Notes under the pieces: model-generated
Databases searched by the model: none
What the model saw: only the letters and a program-made list of their open reading frames with translations
Told to the model about the DNA's origin: nothing
Part shown: one piece after another, positions 15,129-27,994 of the stretch
Numbering within the stretch: position 1 is the first letter of the stretch
Layout: each line of letters starts with the position of its first letter
Position numbers and translations under genes: made by a program
Source: Octopus vulgaris
Lineage: Eukaryota
Reading direction: 5' to 3'
NCBI GenBank assembly: GCA_951406725.2
Contig: OX597820.1
Coordinates: 65,720,001-65,784,000 of the forward strand
Length of the DNA stretch: 64,000 bases

Positions 15129-15597
15129 ATATATAACGATAAAGATTTTCAACGTAGGTCAGTCTGTAGTCAAGCACTCTCTCTCTCTTTCTCTTTCTCT
15201 CTCTCTCTCTCTCTCTCTTCCTCTCTCTCTTTCTCACTCTTATAAAACCCGTACTACTTCACTCTCTGCTTCCTTGAACTAACAAATTCCATTACACATT
15301 CTGTCCAAACCACGCAGTATTACTGTCTCTCTCTTCTTCTCATCAACAGTAATGTGCATCCCTGTCCCACCGAGCCGACAGTAACAATTCACCCCAATCT
15401 TTCGTATTCCAACCGTCAAAAACTCTGGAATTAACTTTCTTTTACAATGGTATTTCCTGTAAACTTCGACTTACAGATGCTAAAATTAAGATTATGCTTA
15501 TCAGCTCAATCAGACTCAGAAAACGTTAAAAGGTCATAGATAGTGCCCTTTCCTCTGACGATGCTATGAGTAAAGAAAATGGAAAGAAAAAAAAAAC

Positions 15598-15620
15598 AGA
15601 AGAAGAAGAAGAAGAAGAAG

Positions 15621-15652
<32 letters not shown>

Positions 15653-15671
15653 GAAGAAGAAGTAGAAGAAG

Positions 15672-15703
<32 letters not shown>

Positions 15704-15714
15704 GAAGAAGAAGT

Positions 15715-15745
<31 letters not shown>

Positions 15746-15782
15746 GAAGAAGAAGTAGAAGAAGAAGAAGTAGAAGAGGAAG

Positions 15783-15813
<31 letters not shown>

Positions 15814-16105
15814 GGAAGAAGAAGAAGAAGAAGAAGAAGAAGGAGAAGAAGAAGAAGAAGAAGAAGAAGAAGAAGAAGGAGAAGAAGAAGAAGAAGAAGA
15901 AGAAGAAGATGAAGTGGAAGAAGAAGAAGAAGAAGAAGAAGAAGAAGAAGAAGACGAAGAAGAAGAAGAAGAAGAAGAAGAAGAAGCAGAAGAGGAAGAA
16001 GCAAGAAGAAGAAGAAGAAGAAGAAGAAGAAGAAGAAGAAGAAGAAGAAGAAGAAGAAGAAGAAGAAGAAGAAGAAGAAGAAGAAGAAGAAAGAAGAGGA
16101 AGAAG
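15598..16105 (+). repeat. ~500-bp (GAA)n polypurine tract with GTA/GGA/GAG interruptions
   Basis: Directly visible. Confidence 0.98.
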
Positions 16106-16463
16106 GCTCAAGCGTTGAAAGCATAGAAGCATCTCCCCCAGGTAAATGGAACTCTCCAAAACTTTTAGTTACTGATCTAACTCCGTACAGGATTGCTAAT
16201 AAGAGTAACGCAATTACAGTTAAATAAGATCTCACACATATATATACATACACTTTCTCATACACACACACACTTACACACACATACATGTACACAAAAC
16301 ATAAGTAGAAATTCAGGAGGTATATATATATATATACACACAGACATTAAAGCCCAGGTTTGACATGCAAGTAAAATTTCAGTATTGGTCGTTTCCATCA
16401 AATCGTGACACTCTGACAAAGACGACTACCTGTGAAACTTCGAAGTCACTTTCATACACACAC

Positions 16464-16535
<72 letters not shown>

Positions 16536-16690
16536 GGATGGATGGATATATAGATGGATGATGGATGGATGGATGGATGGATGGATGGATGGATGGATGG
16601 ATGGATGGATGGATGGATGGATGGACAGGTAGAAAGAAAATGATGATTAATAGATTAATATCTAGATAGAGAGATGTAGATAGATAGATG

Positions 16691-16768
<78 letters not shown>

Positions 16769-16796
16769 CACATACATACATACATACATACATACA

Positions 16797-16827
<31 letters not shown>

Positions 16828-16829
<2 letters not shown>

Positions 16830-17381
16830 GGTGGCTGCCCCTTCGTTATCGAGTATGGCCATTGCACGAAGCTTAATCAATGTTGTTATCGTGCAATGCC
16901 TGTGCAACAAGATTTTTTTAACTGAGGAAAAGCTGTGCACTAAGTCAATCCCACTCACTAAGCAACAGCAGCCATAATCCGAAAACAAGAACAAGTCAAC
17001 ATCATCGGTAACCACTGGGCCGCAGGTTTTATGTCGGAGTTATCCCAGTTACCTGAGTTACCTTCTCCTAGAAGGATGCCTTAACAAAGGCTAGGAGTCC
17101 TTCACTCCCAATGGTTTAACCGCACGATCGGGTATTCAGTCCGATTATTCCTATGTCCCCGCGCATGATACAGCCTTAAGACATTTATTGGATGGCCGTT
17201 GACTCTCAAGATTTCCTCCGCCCTTTGACGGGTTTTGTTTTTCATCCCGCAGGGTGTCCAATAAACACCCTCCTCACTAAGCAAGCTTGGTGCAGTTGCC
17301 GGTTTAGTCGCCGACGACCCGACCATGCAACAGGTTGTACTGGGTTACATGTTACTAGTAGCACTCGAAAGTGACCTGACA
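16828..17381 (-). mobile_element. Non-coding RTE-derived non-autonomous element (5' UTR part joined to RTE-like 3' end)
   Basis: Minus strand has AAGGCATCCTTCTAGGAGAAGGTAACTC..ATAAAACC (resembles the RTE 5' UTR motif) and ends GGCCATACTCGATAACGAAGGGGCAGCCACCA, similar to the RTE 3' end at 59925-59965; (CATA)n on both flanks. Confidence 0.6.
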
Positions 17382-17722
17382 TAACATACATACATACATA
17401 CATAACATACATACATAACATACATACATTCATACATATTCATGTGTACATAAGTGGTAATACGTGCTGTACGTATGTATTTCTATGCATAATTATATTT
17501 CTGTGAGTTTGGGCTTGTGTGTGCGTACGAGTAGAAGTGTATATGTGTGTCAATCTACGCCTGATAGGTAGGGAAAGGTGGTGGCCACTTAAAGTTTGCT
17601 CCAAAAGTTTGTTTCACATTTTGGCGCACGGTCAGTAATTTTGAAGAAAGGGACAGTCTATTACATCGGCCCCAGGGCTCAATAGGTACTTATTTTATCG
17701 AATCCTAAAAGATGAAAGGCAA

Positions 17723-17939
17723 AAAAAAATCGAATCTGCTTCCGGTTTCGTTAATGCTGTCATCAAACCACGCTCAAGTTCCTAATGCCACAGATGCTCG
17801 CGTCTATCCTACTTTTCTCACAGCTATCTATCTCTTTTTCTTTCTTTTTTCTCCAATTCTCTGTATGTCACTCATCTTCCTTGTCTTCTTCTCCCCGCCA
17901 CTACCGCTTTTTTCCCCCTAACTCTTCACTTGTGTGCAA

Positions 17940-17978
<39 letters not shown>

Positions 17979-18293
17979 CGCGTGTGTTTTCCTCCTACCA
18001 TCGCTTCACAATCGATATTGGTGCGTTTACAGCCCCGTAATTCAGCAGTTCGGCAAGAGAGGCCGATAAAATAGGTACTACGCTTACAAAGAATAAGTCC
18101 TGGGGTCGATTTGTTCGACTAAAGGTAGTGCTCCAGCATAACCGCAGTCAAATGTCTGAAAAAAGTAAACTAATAGAAGAATATATATATATATATATAT
18201 GTATATAGGTGTATATATATATGTATATATATATAGACAAACATACATATATATATATATGTATGTATATGCACATGTGTATGTACATACATT

Positions 18294-18345
<52 letters not shown>

Positions 18346-18780
18346 TGTGTGTGTGTGTGTGTGTGTTTGAATGTATGTATATATGTGCCGCCTTCACCGA
18401 ATTTCCCTCTTTCTCATGTTATCGCCCTTTATCTTTCTACCTCATTCTCTATATCCTTATCTTTCTTTCCTTTTATCATTCGGTTTATTTATCTCCCATG
18501 CTGATATGGCCAATGCCGTATGTTATAAAGCATTTTGAATGTAACTAGAAAACTTTATTTAAGGTTTTAAAAAAATCGAATCTGCTTCCGGTTTCGTTAA
18601 TGCTCTCTTCAAACCACGCGCAAGTTCCTAATGCCACAGATGCTCGCGTCTATCCTACTTTTCTCACAGCTATCTATCTCTTTTTCTTTTTTTTTTCTTC
18701 TCCAATTCTCTGTATGTCACTCATCTTCCTTGTCCTCTTCTCTCCGCCACTGCCGCTTTTTTTCCCCCCAACTCTTCACT
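17723..18780 (+). repeat. Local direct duplication of ~208 bp (17723-17930 and 18570-18780)
   Basis: AATCGAATCTGCTTCCGGTTTCGTTAATGCT...AACTCTTCACT present twice; near-identical ORF-track peptides. Confidence 0.95.
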
Positions 18781-19224
18781 AACAGGTTTGAAAAGTTATG
18801 TGAACATTTCAACCAAGACTTAGAAACAAAATGGCGTCAACTTCCTGTGTTATTATCGCTGTTTAAATTTTTCACTCATTTTCATTCATTTGTCTAAATT
18901 TACTTGACCTTTGTCTCCTTTTTCATAAACTTCCTCCTACTTTCCTCTTTATATCCACCTTCTAGAAACAGCCAAGAAAGCAACCAAGAACTTTACGAAA
19001 ATAAAACTAAAATGGAGCTAGCTTCCGGTGTTATTACTGAAATTCATTAAATAGTAAAGAATCGATTCAAAATGGCTAGGTCATTCATATAGGAGTGAAT
19101 ACTGGATATATATACACGCACATATATGAATATGTGCGTGTTTGTAAGTGTGTCTGAATACATGCATATATGTTTGTGTGTGTTTGTATATGCATGTGTG
19201 TATGTATGTATACATATGAATGTG

Positions 19225-19290
<66 letters not shown>

Positions 19291-19740
19291 ATGATGTATG
19301 TATGTATGAATGTTTATGCGTGAATAATATGTATACACACACCCAAAATTCGAATAAGCATACACACTTGCACGCATGCGCACATATGCATACCCTCGCG
19401 CATTTAATTGGATTTCTCTATGCTTTGAGTCAATCACACATGTAGATTGCATCAATCATTAGATTTTCAATGTAAATGTTCCTTTCCATATCAGCTACAC
19501 TTGATAAATAGCATTCTTTTCGGCCGAGGGGGCAAGTCGATTAGATCGAAAGCAGAATGTAACTGGTACTTAATTTATCGACCCCGAAAGGATGAAAGGC
19601 AAAGTCGACCTCGGCGGAATTACAACTCAGAACGTAAAGACAGACGAAATACTGCTAAGCATTTCGCCTGTCGTGCTAACGTTTCTGCCAGCTCGCCGCC
19701 CTTAATAAATAGTAATCTAGCAACTATGTATGTATGTATG

Positions 19741-19771
<31 letters not shown>

Positions 19772-19796
19772 GTATGTATGTATGTATGTATGTATG

Positions 19797-19863
<67 letters not shown>

Positions 19864-19970
19864 ATAACTAACTAACTAACCAACTATCTATTTCTGTGTC
19901 TGTGTCTCTCTGTTTTCCTGGCTAACTAGCTAGTTAAATTGATGGGCAGACAGACGGACAAACGTACCAT

Positions 19971-20033
<63 letters not shown>

Positions 20034-20850
20034 TAGATAGATAAGATACCTACATACTTACCATCATAAATATATACATATATACACATATGCATACACC
20101 ATCATGCATATATACATACACACATACATAAACACACCTAATACATACATACCCTCATACATACTCCCGTACATACACACATACATACGATCATACCTAT
20201 ATACACACATACATACATGCATACATACATACAAACATACGCCCCACACATTCACACATACATTCATACGCCCACACATTCATACGTACATACATACATA
20301 CATACATACATACATACATACATACATACATACATACATACATACATACATAGCTATATGGAAAACATGGAAGAGATAGCATGTTTACATGTCAAAACTC
20401 AGAAAGATAGGTTGATGGAAGGAGAGGGAGAGAGAACGGTAGGTTAAGACAGGGTGAATCGGGGAGAGTGATGGACTGATTTCTTGAATATATTATCTGC
20501 CCCTTATGTATATCAACTTTCCAAATATATATTTCTTTACTACCCACAAGGGGCTAAACTTTGATGGGACAAACAAGGACAGACGAAGGGATTAAGTCGA
20601 TTACATCGACCCCAGTGCGTAACTGGTACTTAATTTATCGACCCCGAAAGGATGAAAGGCAAAGTTGACCTTGGCGGAATTTGAACCCAGAACACGTAAC
20701 GGCAGACGAAATACGGCTACGCATTATATAACATGTCTAAATGTCTCCCGAAAACTCATTCGACAGCTAGCTAGAGACGGGAGTACACATACACATGTTC
20801 AAACGCATCCGTCAATGCCTACACACACACACACACACAAACACACACAA

Positions 20851-20926
<76 letters not shown>

Positions 20927-21322
20927 CTTTTATCGACTATTAGACTGTGGCCATGATGCAGCACACATTCGAATGTTGTAGTTGAGCAAATGAAAATCAA
21001 TACTTTTTCTTTTGTAAAAATTCTGGTACTAATTTTATTGGTCTCTTGTTGAAACGCTATCTTACGGGGAGGTAATCTTACCAACACCGGCTGTCAAGTG
21101 CTGGTGCGTAAAACACAGTTAAACGCTCACACACACAAACACACACACACGCACACACACACACGTCAAATATATTTGTATGCATGTGAAGTAATGAATA
21201 AGGATATACATAGACGGAGCATACACACATACTTGTTCACTTCTTCACACACACACACATACACACGTACTCACCCATACACACACACACACATACTCGT
21301 GAATACACACACGCCCACTCAC

Positions 21323-21392
<70 letters not shown>

Positions 21393-23707
21393 GCATACAT
21401 TATTCTCACACATACACACATGCTAACACTACACCCTTTAGCCAGGTCACCGTTGTGTCCCTTACCACCAAAGCCTCCAACCACATCCTTCCGGTCAATT
21501 CAACACGTGGAACCCTTAGTCCAAACAAATGTTTTTTTCTTTGTTTTGTTTAGTTTTGTTTTTCTCTCTCGCCACTTTCTTCCTTTCTCCATGTGTTTCT
21601 CTTCATTCCTTTCTGCAGAAGAGCATAGGCTGGAAACTTCAAACACTTCTCCCATTTTTCCTCAGCGTCAAACCTATACAAACTGTTTATTATTCCTCCT
21701 CCTGTCTCTGTCTTTTGTTTTTAGCTTTGGTATCATTTGAACCACACACACACACACACACACACGCACACACACACACACACACATACATACATACATA
21801 CATACATACATACATACATACATACATACATACATACATACATACATACATACATACATACATACATACATGTGTGTACGCGCAAAATGGTTATATTAAT
21901 GATTAAGTTAGCTACTTTATCGTTGATCCAAAATTGCTTCTGGTGTTGTAATCTTCAGATGGTAAACCAACAAAAAATAGTTTTAACTTACAAGTATGCA
22001 TACTGTACGACGGATAGGTCACGTGATTATCTTTGATTTATTATTTTTATATTTTATAATATTAACCTCATTGTTAGCTTCTCTTTTATCGTTTATTTGT
22101 TTCAATCAATTGGCTGTAGCCATGCTGGAGCACTGCTCTGAAAGATTTGTAATTACTGTACTTATTCTATCAATGCCTTTAGCAGAACTGCTAAGCTACA
22201 CGAGCATAAACAAATCAACAGCGGTTATGAAGCGCTGGAAGTGGTACAAATACAAAGATATACTCACAATCATACACACATACACATGTCTGCATACATA
22301 TACACATACATGCTAACGACATATATACGACGGGCTTCCATACAGATTCCGTCTACCAAATTCACTGACAAGGAATTTGTAGTGGATCTTCCATGTATGA
22401 AGTGGATTCGATCCACCATAGCTAAATTTAAATTAACACTGCAACAGAACTTTTCCCACGATGGAACAATGGTTTTTCTCTGACAGCAGTCTTATATTTT
22501 CCAGATGCCTTTAGCTAGGCCGAAATAATGTCTTCACCACTTGACGCTTTCTAACCTCTTCTACTTCAACAAAAGATAAAATAGAGATAACAAGATCACC
22601 AACTAAATCTATTGTTCTCAACGATATGTTTATCCTTCTGGATAGCTATAAAAGCAAGAACCCCCAAGCAAACACTAAGTAGTCGCTTGGCGACAACTGA
22701 GCGAGGCAGCTCGTGACGCTTCAATTAATTAAGGAACGGACTGCTAGAATCATGCTCACAAGGAATACCTCTACTAAAGATGATGGTCAGCGAGAGAAAT
22801 GAAATTTACTGTCAGCAACTGTGAGACAATATCCTACAACTCTCACTAGCTCTAATTCTGTTCTCTTACAACGTCATTCTATCTCTCTCCGCAATTACTA
22901 CTAAACAATGAATAGAACCCAAACACAAACTTTACTTCGCATGCTTTTTGATTTATCATATCCTGCCCGTCGAGGCAAGGTATTGTAACGTAACGGTGAA
23001 TAAATACTTTCTTGAAACTTCATGCATTGTCCATCTTTCACATCTTACAACTTGCCGTCATAACAACAAATTTTTATTGTTACAACTGCTGACTCCGTTA
23101 CAAATTGATCATCTCGGGGCTAGAGTACAGTTGCTCAGGGTGGAGTGCAGTGGGACTGAAACCGATACCAAAGGTTTTCTAAACGAGCTTCCTAACTATA
23201 CAACCTGTCACATTGGTTATTAAAAATAGTTATTTCCAAAGCTACTTGGCGATTTTAGTAAGGGGCTTTGGTAGTTTTGTTTGGCAATCTTAGAAGATTA
23301 TTATCGGTTTTGAGTACTTGCAACGCAGTAACAACGTTGTAAAAGAAAAATATTTTATAAGCAGAGCTGCCAGTCTTGATAATATCTATATTCTGGAAGC
23401 CGTTCATGGATTTTGTCGTCAAACTGTTAATATTATCGAATTCCAAACACATTAAGAATGTTATGTCTTCTACATCGTGTTATATAATCTAGTTATTGTC
23501 GACGGCCTTTCTCTTAAATAAAATCGGAAGTGTGAAGAAGAAAAGTCTTGCATGCATGGGCTTACACACTGTCTTCCTAAATGATCTTGCCGAAACCTGC
23601 GCCTACATATGAGAATACATATGCAGCCTTGACATTCTGAGACGCAAAGTCGATTGTTATCTAGGCAAGCTCTGCGGCTCGTACTAACCGCAATAAGCAG
23701 CTTCCAC

Positions 23708-23783
<76 letters not shown>

Positions 23784-24984
23784 ATGGATATGAGACGATT
23801 TGGCGCAGTCCCTTTGGCGCCGCTGATTTGGTGCTGCTGGTTTCCCGCCTTTCTCTCTTTCTCTCTCCCTCTCTCTCTCTCTCTTTCTCTTCACTTAATG
23901 TGTATGATAATGGTTATGTCAGTCGTATTCATTTAAATTAGTCTCTCGCCTTTGCTTTCTCTCTCCCCCCTCTCTTTCTACCTATCTATCTATCTATCTC
24001 TAACTCATACACAAACATACTCTGTGTGTAAGCATATTTATGTGTGTGAGGAGAGGGAATTCTGTTCAATTAATAAGTTGTAACGTCTCTCTCTTTCTTT
24101 CCCTCTCTCTCAATCTTTCTCTCACTTTCTCTCTCTCAATCTCTCTCACTAGCTATATCTCTCTCTATTTCTCTCCTTCTCTCTCTAATTCTCTCTCTAT
24201 ATATATCTACCTATCTATCTGTATGCATATATTTCTGTGTGTGCGTGTATGCGTGCGTTTGTCCACAGTTTAAAACTAGACTGTCGCTAAAACAGGCCAA
24301 ATGCCCGGTGGGCTGTGTGAACGCGCCAGTGTCCAAACAACTGCGCCCAGTCATCTTATTCCTATATAATATGATACGTGCATGTGTGTGTATGTGTGTG
24401 AGGACAAAATATAATCCCCTAAAGAGCTCGTATTTACTAACAAGATACCACATAGCCCTTCACCTATCACTCGCCTCAGCCACCACAATTTTACTCCTCG
24501 CCGTCAGCTTATCATACCTTCAGCACCAGAAACAACAACAGCGCCATATAGCAACATAGTTTCGGGTCTTTAGTACCGAAACCTGCCAGTGACACATGTC
24601 GAGTTTTCTGGGTTATCATTGCTACGACCGAACGATCGTCAAGCTCGAACAAAATCTGCCCACCCGTTCAATCCGGCGGGTGGGTTTAGCAGAACGATTT
24701 GACAGTTTCCATAATATAACAGCTTCTCTCTCGACCTTTCACCGTCGTACACATACAGATACTCACATATACACATGCAGATATACAAATGCACACACGT
24801 ATAGAAATATAAAATACACATTTAATCACATACGTAAATACAGTATAATGCGCACACACACACACACGTGTACACACAAATTGCGCCTTTGTCTATCCCC
24901 CTTCAATTTTATGGGTCAGTAACTCCTTCACGTCTGTGTCGTTCCACGCTACCCTCTTTATCGTCATCAAAGGACGAGTCGATC

Positions 24985-25390
24985 GTGGTAGTAATAGTGG
25001 TAACGATATCATTGATGGTGGTAGTGTTGCGGGTGGTGGTGGTGCCGACGATGGTGGTGGTAATGATGATAACGATGATGATGAGCATCATGATGATGAT
25101 CATCAGGATGACGATGTTGGACGTGGTGGTTGGGTGAGGTTAGTGACACTAACGTAGCGTTGGTGATGATAGTGGTGGCTGAGGTAGTGCTGGTGATGGT
25201 AGTGACGATATTAGTGCAGATGCAGGTAATGGTGGTGGTGGTGGCGATCGTGTTGCAGTAGTAGTGATGTAGATGATGGTATTGGTGGTGGAGTTTGTTA
25301 TTATCGAATTCCTAGTGGCGAGTGCTTTTGATGATGGTAATGATGGTAGAGTAGGTGATGCTGGCGGTATTCGTGGAATTGATGATGGTA
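24985..25390 (+). repeat. Old degenerate (GGT/GAT/AGT)n triplet low-complexity tract
   Basis: Period-3 G/T-rich sequence with stops in the ORF track and no recognisable domain. Confidence 0.8.
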
Positions 25391-25471
25391 CTGTTGTTCT
25401 AATAGTGTTTGTATAGCTTTTGAAAGACGCCATGTATATATATATATAAAGTATATGTGTGTGTGTTTGTG

Positions 25472-25523
<52 letters not shown>

Positions 25524-25529
25524 ATATAT

Positions 25530-25800
25530 AATACAGTGTACATCTAAACATATAAGAGGTATCCATCATAGGGATCCCTTACGCTAGACGGAACAGCTAA
25601 AGTCCAAACCACTAATTTGGGATAAATTAGTCAGAAAAAAGTCAGAAACCATGGTCCAGGAAATAGATGGTAAATGTTTATATTTTCCATTCCCTTCGAG
25701 ATTTTATCCCTAATTAGTGGTTTGGACTTAAGCTGTTCCTTCTAGCGTAAAGGAGTCTTATGATGGATATCTCTTAATGTGTTTAAATGTACACTGTATT
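25530..25800. repeat. Inverted repeat, ~98-bp arms, ~75-bp spacer (foldback element)
   Basis: AATACAGTGTACATCTAAACA..GGGATAAA vs TTTATCCC..TGTTTAAATGTACACTGTATT. Confidence 0.9.
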
Positions 25801-25884
25801 TTATATGAATAATATATAGTCTATAGACTAATTTTTCTATACGCTAGGCCACTAGTAGTAAAAATTTCTAAAATCTTTCTTACC

Positions 25885-25937
<53 letters not shown>

Positions 25938-26518
25938 TCTATTGTAGGCACAAGGCCTGAAACTAAGGAGGAGGAAAGTCGACTACATCCATCGTAGTCC
26001 ACAACTGCTACCTTTTTTTCTTTTGTATCGATCTCGAAAGGATGGAAAACAAGGTCGACCTCCCGAAATTTGAACTCAAATCAGAATGTAATGAAAGACG
26101 AAATGCCGCTAAGCATTTTACCCGGCGTGCTAATGATTCTGCCAACTCGCCTTATGCTTCCCCTGCCCTAACACGTGACCGGTGTCTATTGAAGGCAGTG
26201 TCGTCCTTTTTCGCCCTGCCTGGACTGATCGTGCTGGTCGGTGTTCCAGCTACGTCCTTTAGGACTTAAACCATGTCACCCTACGCTACGGCACTTAGTT
26301 CGTTTGATAGCTACAAAGCTCATTCTGTTGTATTTGAGGTATTTGTATAATTATTATTTTTTCTTCTTGTTTTATAAAGCTGTAAGGCTTCGCGTTGTTA
26401 TATATGCATAATTCTTCGCCTGTTGTATTTATATATGCCTTTCTTGTTTCTATCTCAGTATACATTCGCTGACTCTTTCCCAGTAGAGTAATAATAGTAC
26501 TGGCACCACCAAGATTGA

Positions 26519-26583
26519 GTGGTCTTAATGATAATGGTCCGAAATCACGATGATATTTTGTTCATTGACTGACGAGGAAAATT
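26519..26583 (+). ncRNA. Hammerhead-core RNA candidate with non-standard strand order (copy 1)
   Basis: GUC site 26522-26524, GAAA 26541-26544, CUGACGA 26569-26575; helices I (7 bp), II (3+ bp), III (5 bp) can all pair. Confidence 0.5.
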
Positions 26584-26670
26584 CAGCTGCGAATATTCCG
26601 TGTATCGTGTCCTTGTCTATATTACCCGTCTTTTAAGTTTTCGTTTTGTTTCCTGTTTGCTCTGCTTTCC

Positions 26671-26701
<31 letters not shown>

Positions 26702-26790
26702 TTATGTGTATACATATATATACATATATATATATACATATATACATATATATATATATAAACATACATATAATTATCAGTATATATGTG

Positions 26791-26852
<62 letters not shown>

Positions 26853-27249
26853 CTGATAAAAAGTGACAACAAAAGTATGAGACCTCAATATTAGGTAAGT
26901 AGAGGATTATTTATATATGTAAAATTTGGGACAAACAGTAAGTTGTCATCATAATACTTGGAGCTTCGAAAGTCGGAGCGAAGAGATACGATGCATTCTT
27001 GTCGGCTATGAATGGCAATAGATAAACTGTTGAATAAAAATGGAAGTTACTCTAATAGATAGAAAGAAAAACAGAAAAAAAGAAAAGGCTAAAATATACA
27101 CGCAACCATAATCTCACAATACATAGACATAAACCCCCTGCGTTCCTAACGTCTACATACGTACACACCCACAGAAACATACATGTACATGTACGTACTC
27201 ATACATAGATACATATCCATAAAAAGATCTCTACGAGCAGATCTAATCC

Positions 27250-27832
27250 TGATTCGTCAAAAATACTGATGACGTATTACCTCAGTGGGCAAGCTATTGT
27301 CACCCTGCTTGGTCGGTTTCCCCACACGATACAGCTATGAGTCAGATCCGATTCTGATTGGTCAAAACATTGATGACGTCTCGTTCCGCTGGACTAGCCA
27401 CCTAACAGGATACAGTCATGGATCAGATCTAATACACCTTTAGGTCAAACCCGATTCTGATTGGCCAAAACATTGATGACGTCTCGTTCTGTTGGACTAG
27501 CCACCTAACGGGATGATTGGTCAAAATATGAATGACGTCTCGTTCTGCTGGACGAGCCACCAAACGGGTTGATTGGTCAAAACATTGATGACGTCCCGTT
27601 TTGCTGGACTAGCCACCTAACGGGATGATTGGTCAAAACATTGATGACGTCTCGTTCCGCTGGACTAGCCACCTAATAGGATACAGTCATGGATCAGATC
27701 TAATTTCGATTCGCCAAAAAAAAGGATGACGTATTTCTCCCGTGGCCAAACCGTCGTTCCGCTTGATCTGTTTCCTAACAGGATATATTCGTTGAGACTG
27801 GGTTTTGATTGGTTTGGAACTATATGACGTCA
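27250..27832 (+). repeat. Minisatellite (56-bp core unit) carrying repeated CCAAT (ATTGG) + CRE (TGACGT) motifs
   Basis: GATTGGTCAAAACATTGATGACGTCTCGTT.. at 27357, 27459, 27515, 27571, 27627; diverged units at 27250, 27708, 27807. Confidence 0.9.
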
Positions 27833-27994
27833 GTGAAAAGTGCAAGTGAGACAGCTAAGCTGAGCTGATATAAACCTAAACAATCACAAAATTCACCAAA
27901 ACTATACGAACAGACACCAACCAAAAATCATTACAGTTGCTCCCATTGGAACACAAGGTAAAACCTAAAATGAACTCCTCGCTTTTTCAAGAAC

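Noticed and set aside
15506-16295. Poly-E, poly-L, poly-F and poly-K ORFs
   Set aside because: Products of the (GAA)n tract; frame slips inside the repeat and no splice context.
23255-23490. Short ORFs in a unique-looking stretch
   Set aside because: No recognisable domain or paired splice signals on either strand.
24868-25433. Mucin-like or His/Asp-rich ORFs
   Set aside because: Degenerate triplet repeat with stops; no consistent frame.
27250-27832. CRISPR-like appearance of the 56-bp repeats
   Set aside because: Intervening sequences are near-identical rather than unique spacers, no cas genes, eukaryotic context.
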